This document shows, one piece after another, positions 25,913-35,005 of a stretch of DNA of 38,868 nucleotides. How positions within the stretch are numbered: position 1 is the first letter of the stretch; the number at the start of each line of letters is the position of its first letter. The stretch spans positions 1 to 38,868 of the forward strand of contig JBDRBU010000117.1 in NCBI GenBank assembly GCA_043822305.1, given 5' to 3'. The DNA is from Candidatus Firestoneibacteriota bacterium. GTDB taxonomy: Bacteria > Oederibacteriota > D2-FULL-39-29 > JBDRBU01. The notes below the pieces were generated by a model. The model worked only from the letters and a program-made list of their open reading frames with translations, did not search any database and was not told the DNA's origin. The position numbers were made by a program, and so were the translations under genes.

Positions 25913-26863
25913 TTAGTCGAAGTTAATTCGTTCTTTTTCAATCACAAGAGGTCTTTTTAAAACCTGCGTATAAATTGAACCAATATACTCCCCCAGAATA
26001 CCAATAAAAAACAATTGCACAGAAGCAAAGAAAAATAAACCGATAACAAGCGGGGCCATACCCATCGGGAAATTGGACCAGAAAATTATTTTAAAAAGAA
26101 AATAAATTATGGCTATTAAGACACTAATAATTGAAAGCGTAAAACCAAGCATGGTGGATATTCTTAAAGGGATTTTTGAATGATTTGTTATTCCAAGCAT
26201 GGCCATATCATACAGCGTATAAAAATTATTCTTCGTTATTCCCCTTTTTCTCGTTGGCTGAACAAATTCTACCTCTGCTCTTTCAAAACCAATATCGCAT
26301 ATTAGCCCCCTGAAATAAGGGTAAGGATCATCTATCTTTTTTAAAATTTCTATTACCTTTTTATCGTATAAACCAAAACCAGTAAAATTTTCTGTTAGTT
26401 CAATTTCAGATATTTTGTTTATAAACTTATAAAATGCTTTTCTAATGGCAAACATTGCCGTTGATTCTTGGCTTTCTTTTTTAGTGGCTACAACTATTTT
26501 ATACCCCTCTTCCCATTTTTTTATAAAATCTTTAATCATTACTGGCGGGTCCTGTAAATCCGCAACAGTCAAAACGACTGCCTCGCCATTAGATTGAAGT
26601 AAGCCGTGGAAAGGCGAGCGGATATGCCCAAAGTTTCTTGCATTTACTATGATTTTGATATTCTTATCTACTTTTGCAATTTCTTTTAAGATAGGAACAG
26701 TTTTATCTGTGGAAGCATTGTCAATAAAAATATGCTCGTATTTATATTCTTTTAACTCAGCAAAAACATTTTTTACCTGTTTATACAATTCTTCTACATT
26801 TTCTTCTTCATTATAACAAGCTGTAACAACACTAATTAGTTTACTCGTACTTCCCTCCGGCAT
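25913..26863 (-). CDS. GtrB/ArnC-like polyprenol-phosphate glycosyltransferase (GT2 with two C-terminal TM helices)
   Basis: ISVVTACYNEEENV, IDNASTD, RNFG, ADLQDPP, GILGEYIGSIY...KRPL. Start is uncertain (26869 TTG, 26863 ATG or 26848 ACG). Confidence 0.88.
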   Translation of the reverse strand: MPEGSTSKLISVVTACYNEEENVEELYKQVKNVFAELKEYKYEHIFIDNASTDKTVPILKEIAKVDKNIKIIVNARNFGHIRSPFHGLLQSNGEAVVLTVADLQDPPVMIKDFIKKWEEGYKIVVATKKESQESTAMFAIRKAFYKFINKISEIELTENFTGFGLYDKKVIEILKKIDDPYPYFRGLICDIGFERAEVEFVQPTRKRGITKNNFYTLYDMAMLGITNHSKIPLRISTMLGFTLSIISVLIAIIYFLFKIIFWSNFPMGMAPLVIGLFFFASVQLFFIGILGEYIGSIYTQVLKRPLVIEKERINFD

Positions 26864-27665
26864 CTTCAATCATCTTTTTATATCTTGATTCAAGCATTAC
26901 TATTCTCTGGGCATCTTCACTCTCTATCAATGAATAATAACCCCGTTTGTTTTTAAGCCAAAGCAGTTCAAAACCAACAGCCTTTAAAATACCTTTATCC
27001 GGATCTCCTTTAAATGCTTTTATACATTCAAATATAACTTTTCTGGTCTCGTAACGGTCCAATGTGTTTTCCGGAAGCCTTTTAAAAAATGGAATGGAAA
27101 AAGCAGAAACACCACCACCAACAACAGTATCCAATTTTTTTTTGTTATTATTCTTTGCTTTAACCACCAGATCTTTTACTATATCAAATATCTTGTCGTT
27201 GTTTATATCTTCTCTTGATAATCCCATTGATCCGGTCATATCAACTCTTCCTATAACAATACCATCTAACTGTTGAATCTCGGGGATTTCAAGCATTTTT
27301 TCAAAATTATTATAAGCGGTAATTGTCTCTATATTAACTAAAAAATCAATATCTTCCTGCTCATCTTTCGGATAAGCAAGTTTTGTCGCCCTAAGAAATT
27401 TTATCAAGGAAAACGGGCTTTCCACCATAGGAGCAATAATTCTTTCTACTCCGATTGTCCTGGCTTCATACATATCTTTGATTGCTTCACAACCGCCGAT
27501 TTTTAAAGATAAACCAAGTCCTGCTTTTGTTATAACATCTTTAAGTCTTAATGCCTCTTCCATTCTTGTGCCTTCTGCTTCAAATTCCGCTTTTATTCCT
27601 GTTACACCGTTGTTTTCTTTTAAATCTTTTAGAACATCTACCATTTTTCTTTCCAGATTATTCAT
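26841..27665 (-). CDS. HpcH/HpaI aldolase / citrate lyase family protein
   Basis: IIAPMVES, VNIETITAYNN, LDGIVIGRVDMTGSMG; SD AGGAGGT. Confidence 0.8.
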   Translation of the reverse strand: MNNLERKMVDVLKDLKENNGVTGIKAEFEAEGTRMEEALRLKDVITKAGLGLSLKIGGCEAIKDMYEARTIGVERIIAPMVESPFSLIKFLRATKLAYPKDEQEDIDFLVNIETITAYNNFEKMLEIPEIQQLDGIVIGRVDMTGSMGLSREDINNDKIFDIVKDLVVKAKNNNKKKLDTVVGGGVSAFSIPFFKRLPENTLDRYETRKVIFECIKAFKGDPDKGILKAVGFELLWLKNKRGYYSLIESEDAQRIVMLESRYKKMIEDAGGKYE

Positions 27666-27699
27666 TAGTACACCTCCTCGTATAATATGTGTTAATGGA

Positions 27700-27722
27700 G
27701 TCGGGGTCGTCCCTGACCCCGA
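27700..27722. repeat. Family B palindrome in the 5' UTR of the aldolase gene
   Basis: gtcggggtcgtccctgaccccga. Confidence 0.85.
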
Positions 27723-27732
27723 TATATCTTAC

Positions 27733-27761
27733 ATTATACCACAACAATAATTTTATATCAA
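27733..27761 (-). promoter_or_regulatory. sigma70-type promoter for aldolase-GT2
   Basis: TTGATA-17 nt-TATAAT with TGn extension. Confidence 0.6.
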
Positions 27762-27772
27762 TATCTCGTTTT

Positions 27773-28912
27773 TCAAAAATACTTATTTATAATACTTCTT
27801 ATCTCATCGCAAAGCGAAGTATCTATATTCAGCGGCAATAGTTTTATATTCCCCAAATCCGTAAGAATAGCAAAATTTATGGTGTTCCCCATTGTTTTTT
27901 TATCCTTTTTCAAAAGGTTCGCTAATTGTTCAACAGATAATTTTTTCATAATATTTATAACTTTTTCATCAAGCAAATCAACTATCAATTTTTCCATTAA
28001 TTGTTTGCTTTTCAACGGCAAATGGCCTCTCTTATAACTAAACTCATTTACCAACAACATTCCTAGAGCAACACCCTGTCCGTGTGATATTTTATAATTA
28101 GACATTGATTCAATAGCATGCCCAAGAGTGTGCCCGTAATTCAAGACTTTCCTGTGATTATTCTCAAACTCATCCAATTCTATAACCGCCTTTTTAACAT
28201 GCAAAGAACCAAGAAGCAATTTTTTATAATCACTTATTTTTTTTACATTTCCTTTTTTGACTATTTTTTTATATATGTTTATGAATTTTTTACCACCTAT
28301 GATATATAGTTTTAATATTTCACCAAGTCCGGATTTTAAATCTTTACTGGGGAGTGTTTTTAAAAAACTTGGATTGATAATAACTTCTGAAGGTGAAGAG
28401 AATAAAGATATCTGGTTCTTAATCTGTTTATGGTTAACCCCTGCTTTTGCTCCTATACAGCTGTCGCACATTGAAAGAAGTGTTGTCGGAAAATAAATCC
28501 ATGGGATTCCCCTCTTGAATGATATACCAGCAAAGGCACCTACATCCTGAATTATTCCTCCCCCGACAACAACAAGTTTTTCTCCTTTTGTAAAATTATG
28601 CTCCTGCAAAAAATCAATAAGTTTTATTACTCCGTTTAAAGTTTTAAATTCTTCCGCGGCTTTTGCAAACAATATTCTGTCCTTTGAAATATTTATTTTT
28701 TTACCGTGTAATTTGTATACTTTTTCATCAATAAACAAAAGATTATTCGTATTTTCTGACAGGATTTTATTTATTCTTTTGTATGGTTCTGCCTGATCAT
28801 CCCACACCACATTATATGGTCTGGGGATGGATTTTATCTGGAATGTATCCTCTTTAAAACAATTATCCGGAACAGTAAATTTATCACTCTGAACTATAAA
28901 CTTAATACTCAC
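27773..28912 (-). CDS. 3-dehydroquinate synthase-like sugar phosphate cyclase
   Basis: GGGIIQDVGAF, PTTLLSMCDSCIGAKAGVN, KNQ, SGLGEILK, LNYGHTLGHAIE, HGQGVALGM. Confidence 0.85.
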   Translation of the reverse strand: MSIKFIVQSDKFTVPDNCFKEDTFQIKSIPRPYNVVWDDQAEPYKRINKILSENTNNLLFIDEKVYKLHGKKINISKDRILFAKAAEEFKTLNGVIKLIDFLQEHNFTKGEKLVVVGGGIIQDVGAFAGISFKRGIPWIYFPTTLLSMCDSCIGAKAGVNHKQIKNQISLFSSPSEVIINPSFLKTLPSKDLKSGLGEILKLYIIGGKKFINIYKKIVKKGNVKKISDYKKLLLGSLHVKKAVIELDEFENNHRKVLNYGHTLGHAIESMSNYKISHGQGVALGMLLVNEFSYKRGHLPLKSKQLMEKLIVDLLDEKVINIMKKLSVEQLANLLKKDKKTMGNTINFAILTDLGNIKLLPLNIDTSLCDEIRSIINKYF

Positions 28913-29583
28913 TTTTCAAATCCTCCTATTGTATAACCTCCATCCGCTATTAGGCACTGGCCGGTTATATAATTATTTTCAGGGGAACATAAAAAATAAA
29001 CAATTTTCGCTATATCATCTGGTTTGGCCATATAACCTAACGGAATCTTTTCTATGAATCCTTTTACAACTTCAGGAGAATTGTTCTTCGAAGTCATAAC
29101 AGTTTCAACAAAACCTGGTGAAACTGCATTTACTTTTATATTATACGGACCAAATTCTAAGGCTAAAGTTTTTACCATACCGTTCAAGGCATGCTTGGAC
29201 ATTGAATACGGGAGCCTTCCTTTCCTGGAAATATGTCCGTATATTGAGGATATGGCCAGAATATACCCGCTTTTTTTCTCTTTCATTTTTGGTACCAGGT
29301 ATTGTAACACTTTAAAAAACCCGCCAACATTTACAGAAAAAGTCTTGTCAATATCTTTATATGTTAAATCTTCAAAAGGTTTAGGGTTATTAATACCCGC
29401 ACAATTAATTATCACATCCACATCAAAATTTTTCCCTTTGAAGTATTTTTCTATAGTATTCCCATCTAAAAAATTAAGTTCCTGTTCAGACGGAACAATT
29501 ACATTAAATCCGTTATTTTTAAATTTCTCAGCAATGGCTATACCTATCCCACCCGTACCACCGACAATAAACATTGTTTTCAT
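28909..29583 (-). CDS. Short-chain dehydrogenase/reductase (SDR)
   Basis: GGTGGIG, NCAG, YSMSK catalytic motif, VNAVSPGFVET, ITGQ..ADGG. Confidence 0.92.
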   Translation of the reverse strand: MKTMFIVGGTGGIGIAIAEKFKNNGFNVIVPSEQELNFLDGNTIEKYFKGKNFDVDVIINCAGINNPKPFEDLTYKDIDKTFSVNVGGFFKVLQYLVPKMKEKKSGYILAISSIYGHISRKGRLPYSMSKHALNGMVKTLALEFGPYNIKVNAVSPGFVETVMTSKNNSPEVVKGFIEKIPLGYMAKPDDIAKIVYFLCSPENNYITGQCLIADGGYTIGGFEK

Positions 29584-29603
29584 AATTTACCTCCGAAATT
29601 TTA

Positions 29604-29637
29604 ATTCCCCCTTAATAAAGGGGGTTAGGGGGTTGTT
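29604..29637. repeat. Solo family A hairpin repeat
   Basis: attcccccttaataaagggggttagggggttgtt, identical to 19582-19615. Confidence 0.85.
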
Positions 29638-29638
29638 T

Positions 29639-31435
29639 CTAAATTATCATATTACTCTTAAATTCATCCCTATTCAAAAACGGAAATAGATCTTCCAAGG
29701 GTTTTGACACCATTTTTCCGTCAGGTAATTTTTCCGAGGATAACTTTGGTGAAAATATGTAATTACCCAACAACTTTACTTTGCATATTAATGGACCCTT
29801 GTCTGATAGTATTTTTCTAATCTTTTTATCCAGACCAGAATGATTACTGATTGTTACAGTCTTGAAACCATATGCTTTTCCTACCTTTATAATATCAGGA
29901 AAACTAACTCCTGAATCTTTATCACACGCCACTAATCTGCCTCCGAAAAAGCTATTTTGAGTTTGCTTCATAGAAATATATCCTTCATTATCAAGATAAA
30001 ATATTTTTATCGGTAATTTATAATGGATTATTGTTTGTAATTCCTGAATATTCATCTGAATACTTCCGTCACCGGCAATACATATAATGTCCTTCTGGCC
30101 AGAGGCAAAACACGCACCGATTGAAAAAGGTAAATCAAATCCCATTGATGCGCATCCTGAATTCCAAAACATTCTTTGTCCGTTTTTAACGACCCCGGCC
30201 TGAAACAAAGTAACACAAGCAGATCCGTTCGCTGAAACCACTATTGAATTTTCCCTTAAATTTTCTGTCAATACTCTTATAAAATAATACGGTTGAACTG
30301 CGTTTTTAACTTTTTTATATTCAGGCAGAACCACATCATATTTGTTTTTTCTTATTAAACACCATTCTACCCAATCATTATACTTTGGTAGATTAGTTTT
30401 CGTTATTCTGGATCTAAGTTTCTCCATAAAATCCGAGGCATCAACATTAACGGGAATATCCGGTTTTATAGTAGGTTTTTTTAGTTCCGCTTTATCAATA
30501 TCAACAATTACTTTTTTGGCTGCTCTGGCAAATGATTGCCAGTTGTAACTAACCTGCCTTATATTATTTCTTGAACCTACCGATAACACCAAATCAGAGT
30601 TCTGTAAAGCAAAATTTCCGGCACGGTCTCCGAGTGTACCTATTCTTCCTATAAACAAAGGATGACTTGACGGTATTAAATCAAAACCACAAAATGTTGT
30701 AACTACCGGGATATTAAGTTTCTCAACTAATTTTAAAAATATTTTCTTTCCACCGGATATCCTTATCCCTTGTCCGGCTATAAATACCGGTCGTTTTGAT
30801 TCTTTTAAAAGTTTTACAACTTTTTTTATTTTACCATCTAAATTTCCTTCTGTCTTAAACAAATCTTCTTTTTTATTATACTCTTTTAATTTTTTTTCAT
30901 CTATTAAAGAACCTTGTACATTTAATGGAATGTCTAACCAGACCGGGCCAGGTCTCCCGTGTGTAGATAGATATATAGCTTTATCTAACATTCTTTTTAT
31001 ATCCAATGGATCTTTGACAAACTTTACATATTTAGTCACAGGTCTAACCATATCTGTAATATTAATTTCCTGATCACCAAACTGCCTTAAACCAATTTCT
31101 CGGCAAGATTCAATTGTTGTCTCAAATTTAACCTGTCCGGAAATATAAAGTACAGGCACAGAATCAAGCCATTGTCCTATAACACCCGTTAAAGTATTTG
31201 TCCCTCCGGGACCCGAAGTTACGATACAAACTGCAAGTTTATTTGTAACCCTTGAATAACCCTCTGCTCCAACAGCACAAGCTTGCTCATGATGGTTACA
31301 GATATATTTTATTTTCTTACATTTTCCCACAGAATCATTAAGATGCATCGCACCACCGCCGGATATCATAAATATATGTTTAATCCCGTACTTATTTGCA
31401 AGATGTTCTATGATATAATCTGATACCTTAATCAT
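29639..31435 (-). CDS. Thiamine diphosphate-dependent enzyme (acetolactate synthase-like, YerE-like context)
   Basis: HHEQACAVGAEGYSR, TSGPGGTN, GRPGPVWLDIP, ThDP motif GDGSIQMNIQEL..DNEGY. Start at 31435 or 31456. Confidence 0.9.
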   Translation of the reverse strand: MIKVSDYIIEHLANKYGIKHIFMISGGGAMHLNDSVGKCKKIKYICNHHEQACAVGAEGYSRVTNKLAVCIVTSGPGGTNTLTGVIGQWLDSVPVLYISGQVKFETTIESCREIGLRQFGDQEINITDMVRPVTKYVKFVKDPLDIKRMLDKAIYLSTHGRPGPVWLDIPLNVQGSLIDEKKLKEYNKKEDLFKTEGNLDGKIKKVVKLLKESKRPVFIAGQGIRISGGKKIFLKLVEKLNIPVVTTFCGFDLIPSSHPLFIGRIGTLGDRAGNFALQNSDLVLSVGSRNNIRQVSYNWQSFARAAKKVIVDIDKAELKKPTIKPDIPVNVDASDFMEKLRSRITKTNLPKYNDWVEWCLIRKNKYDVVLPEYKKVKNAVQPYYFIRVLTENLRENSIVVSANGSACVTLFQAGVVKNGQRMFWNSGCASMGFDLPFSIGACFASGQKDIICIAGDGSIQMNIQELQTIIHYKLPIKIFYLDNEGYISMKQTQNSFFGGRLVACDKDSGVSFPDIIKVGKAYGFKTVTISNHSGLDKKIRKILSDKGPLICKVKLLGNYIFSPKLSSEKLPDGKMVSKPLEDLFPFLNRDEFKSNMII

Positions 31436-31445
31436 ATTCTCTTCT

Positions 31446-32324
31446 TTATTTATCATAAAGTAAATCTTCTTTTTTAATTAAATTAGCATTTTCTTTATAC
31501 CAATTATATAATTTTTTTATTGATTCATCAATACTGTTAAATTTCATAGATTTAATTTCATTTTTTAATCTCGTATTATCACCGCTATATTCTACTCCCA
31601 TTCCTTTTTCTTTAACAATTATTTTGATATCCTTTTCTGATATCTTTTTTACCATTTTTGCGATTTCATATAATTCAATTGTTTTATCAGGACTAACATT
31701 ATATGATTTGAATTTCTGTTCATTTTGAATAAAATAATCAATTACTTTTACCAAATCATCTATAAAAATGAAATCAAATTTTCTATTTTGTTTAATAGTT
31801 ATTGGTAAATTAAAAAGTGTTTTGCATATCGCATTTGAAATAAACCTGATTGTATAATTTTCATATTTACCAAATACACTAAATGGTCTTAAATCCAGAA
31901 TATTATCCGTTTTTTCTATATATTTTGAAATTATATATTTTGAAAAACCTCCTTCATCCACTGGAATATGAGTTCCAAAATATTCCTCTTTCATCCTGGG
32001 TTGATAAAATCTTATATCATAAACAAGTCCTGAACTTAGAAATATCATTTTATTATATTTGTCCGAATTTCTTACAAGGTTAAAAAACATTCTTGTATTA
32101 TTGTATAACTGATTTGATGAATCTTTTACAGCCCTGTGACCCGGTCTCACAGCACTATGTATTACAACATCAAATTTTTTATTCTTAAAATAGTTATCTA
32201 CTGCTTCTTCATCAATCAATTCTATCTCTTTATGAGTTGGCGCAAGTATTTCGTATTTTTTCCCCAGGGTTTCTATAAAATTCTTACCAATAAACCCGCT
32301 TCCCCCGGTTAGCATTATTTTCAT
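31446..32324 (-). CDS. NAD-dependent epimerase/dehydratase (extended SDR)
   Basis: LTGGSGFIG, VVIHSA, FLSSGLVY, LRPFSVFG, FDFIFIDD. The YxxxK site reads GGFSK, so the usual Tyr appears absent. Confidence 0.88.
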   Translation of the reverse strand: MKIMLTGGSGFIGKNFIETLGKKYEILAPTHKEIELIDEEAVDNYFKNKKFDVVIHSAVRPGHRAVKDSSNQLYNNTRMFFNLVRNSDKYNKMIFLSSGLVYDIRFYQPRMKEEYFGTHIPVDEGGFSKYIISKYIEKTDNILDLRPFSVFGKYENYTIRFISNAICKTLFNLPITIKQNRKFDFIFIDDLVKVIDYFIQNEQKFKSYNVSPDKTIELYEIAKMVKKISEKDIKIIVKEKGMGVEYSGDNTRLKNEIKSMKFNSIDESIKKLYNWYKENANLIKKEDLLYDK

Positions 32325-32425
32325 TTTGATATCTCCGTATTAATACTATTTTCTAAATTACAATTTCTCATCAAAATATGTATTTTACTTTTTTTACTTC
32401 TTTTTCTTTTTTTACTTTACCTACT

Positions 32426-34933
32426 TCATTTACTTTGTTTCCTCTTGTATGCAGTTATCAAATACCCCTGCTCAACAGGTTCGTAATCATCCTTTACAGC
32501 AGAAAATATATCTTTCAATAAATTCAATCGCTGGATCCTCCATATAGACTCTTCATATAAAAAAACAATATTATACAATCCTTCAGGTATTTTATCCGGA
32601 ATTAAACTCCTGTTTATATCTGTATCAACAAACAAGTATTCAGGTTTTTTTGTTTTCACTTTTTTTATGCATTCCTGTACTTCTTTTTGAGTTATTAAGA
32701 ACCATTGCACATCAAAATAAGGCATATCACTGTATTTTTTTGATAAAAAAGGAAGAAAATTATCATACTTTGATATTATGTAAATCCCGTTTTCTTTTGA
32801 ATACTTTTGAATAATACTTATTGAATTTTCAAAATATTCAGGATCCATAGTTGAAGTAAATTTTGCCCTGTCTAAATTCCATTCGTATGTTTTATGTGTT
32901 TTGAATACATTATCGTATTCGCGTTTAGAGTTATAATACATATATAATGAAGGAAAAATATACAGTAAAGATAATAAAACTAACAAAGCAGCATAATTGT
33001 TTTCATATTTTTTTATTTTTATTGAATTATTAATAATTAATTTCAGCATTGCAACAACTGTTAAAATATATACAAATGAAAAATTATACAAATGTGGTTT
33101 TGTAGCTCCCCAGACAAAATATATGAACATTGCTTGCGAATAAAACAATAAAAATATACAAACATACTTTATATAATCATTTTTATTTATAAATTTAATT
33201 ATTGTTACATATCCCAAACTTAACAGAAAAAGAAAAATGACGATATATTTTAAATCTACCGGAAAACCGCATAGTCCTTCCAAATAGTAATGTGAATAAA
33301 CATCAGAACCTACTTTTAAAAACAAAAGCGATATAATACCAACAACTAATGCTGATGTTGCTGCAATAATTTTACCAAGCGATCTCTCTTTCGGTTCTAC
33401 ATAGAATATTACTATCAGAGTAAAAATCAATGCAATCAAAGCAAAAAATCCTATTTGAGAATTATTAAATATTCCAATCAATGCAAATAACAATGTTAAA
33501 TAATAATATATATTATTTCTTTTAACCAAATATAAAAATAAAAAACATATAATAAATATATCAAAAAAATGCCTTATTGGGTTTAATCCTGGACCCAAAA
33601 ACATCAATTGATAACTGATTTTACTAAAAGCTCCAAATGACAGCATTGTCACAATTAGAACATATTCAATTCTTTTAAAAAGCAAAAATGCAAGTATTAT
33701 AAACAAAATAAAATATATGTAATAAAAAGAATACCAAATTTTAAAATAATTCTGGTAATTTATCCCGCCAAAAATATTCAGTAGTTTTTTCATCATAATT
33801 ATGTTCAAAAACCCGTACTGCATATAAATTTCATTTGGATTTCTGCCAAGTGAATACTCATTAATTGGTGCTAAAACAAAATTATGATGATGTATTATCC
33901 ATCGATTAAGTATCTGCTGGTGTAATTCAAATTCGTTTTTCTTTAAAAACTCCATTTCTTCTTGAGAATATCTTTTACTATTTTGTAAAAACACCGTATT
34001 ACTCAAATCATATAATTCATTTATCAATAATTTTTCATTTTCATCCGTCGTCAATTTACTTAACTCTAATTTTTCTTTATTATCCATATTCCCTACAACA
34101 CATAATGCTTTTAATCTATCATCATAATAATATTTTAATTTATTACGATCTATGAATTTTACTAAGGCATTTGTCTTTGATATATTTATATATGTTCCTT
34201 GTTTCGGCGCCGGGGATGATGCTTTATCTACTTCAAGATTATATTTATTATGGTCTATGAAAATATTGTTTTTATTTATATATTCACTATTATTTATATA
34301 CTTATTTCCCATTAAGGTTTCTTCAGGAATATCAAAATACTCATTAATTATCTTTAATTTAATAAAAACAAACGGAGAAAAAACAATAATTATTATAATC
34401 AATATCAAAGAAAATAATATATAGTAATATTTATTTATTTTGCTTTTATTTATTTTAATTTTCCGAATTGATTCAATATAGAAAGGCAGAAATGATAAAG
34501 CAACCCATAATAAAACAAGAAAGTATTTTACAGTTTTACCCATATCTATTGATAAAACAAGCACTATGTTGACTATTAAAATAATAATGAACCAAGAAAT
34601 ATAAATACTGTTGTTTGCTGTTATATAATTATGAAATTCATCATTATTTTTACTTATTTTTACCATTCTTAAATAAAAGAGCAAATAAAATATAAGTATT
34701 GCTGTAATTGTAATAGCATAACCAAATAGTTCGTACCTTTTCTCATGGAAAAACAATTTCACAACCCAATCATTCAATTCATATGATATGTTTGGAAACA
34801 CATACTTTGCAATTTGAGTTGAAACCCGCCATATTATTTTTAATAATCCAAAACTGCAAATAAATGCATGAAAAAGCAATGTATTTTCGTTGGATTTCAT
34901 TTTTTCCATTATTATATTCATTTTTTCATCCAT
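32426..34933 (-). CDS. Large polytopic membrane protein of unknown function (possible GT-C type)
   Basis: 835 aa with many hydrophobic segments; shares ordered motifs with 35006-38362. Confidence 0.75.
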   Translation of the reverse strand: MDEKMNIIMEKMKSNENTLLFHAFICSFGLLKIIWRVSTQIAKYVFPNISYELNDWVVKLFFHEKRYELFGYAITITAILIFYLLFYLRMVKISKNNDEFHNYITANNSIYISWFIIILIVNIVLVLSIDMGKTVKYFLVLLWVALSFLPFYIESIRKIKINKSKINKYYYILFSLILIIIIIVFSPFVFIKLKIINEYFDIPEETLMGNKYINNSEYINKNNIFIDHNKYNLEVDKASSPAPKQGTYINISKTNALVKFIDRNKLKYYYDDRLKALCVVGNMDNKEKLELSKLTTDENEKLLINELYDLSNTVFLQNSKRYSQEEMEFLKKNEFELHQQILNRWIIHHHNFVLAPINEYSLGRNPNEIYMQYGFLNIIMMKKLLNIFGGINYQNYFKIWYSFYYIYFILFIILAFLLFKRIEYVLIVTMLSFGAFSKISYQLMFLGPGLNPIRHFFDIFIICFLFLYLVKRNNIYYYLTLLFALIGIFNNSQIGFFALIALIFTLIVIFYVEPKERSLGKIIAATSALVVGIISLLFLKVGSDVYSHYYLEGLCGFPVDLKYIVIFLFLLSLGYVTIIKFINKNDYIKYVCIFLLFYSQAMFIYFVWGATKPHLYNFSFVYILTVVAMLKLIINNSIKIKKYENNYAALLVLLSLLYIFPSLYMYYNSKREYDNVFKTHKTYEWNLDRAKFTSTMDPEYFENSISIIQKYSKENGIYIISKYDNFLPFLSKKYSDMPYFDVQWFLITQKEVQECIKKVKTKKPEYLFVDTDINRSLIPDKIPEGLYNIVFLYEESIWRIQRLNLLKDIFSAVKDDYEPVEQGYLITAYKRKQSK

Positions 34934-34955
34934 TATTTATCTTAATATAATCAGT

Positions 34956-34984
34956 ATAATATCATTAAAACCCTTATTTGTCAA
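34956..34984 (-). promoter_or_regulatory. Near-consensus sigma70 promoter for the 835-aa gene
   Basis: TTGACA-17 nt-TATTAT with TGn extension. Confidence 0.7.
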
Positions 34985-35005
34985 TACTTTACAAGGTAAT
35001 TAACA

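Noticed and set aside
10268..29637. Family A/B/C repeats as a CRISPR array or integron attC sites
   Set aside because: Copies are dispersed or inverted rather than regularly spaced. No cas or integrase gene and no consistent RYYYAAC/GTTRRRY boundaries are present.
27773..31456. Calling the cyclase aroB and the ThDP enzyme ilvB
   Set aside because: The context is a glycan cluster with no other aro or ilv genes, so symbols were withheld.
4276..34424. Numerous + strand ORFs of 60-211 aa in the ORF track
   Set aside because: Nearly all lie antisense to well-supported minus-strand genes and show no family motifs; treated as shadow ORFs.
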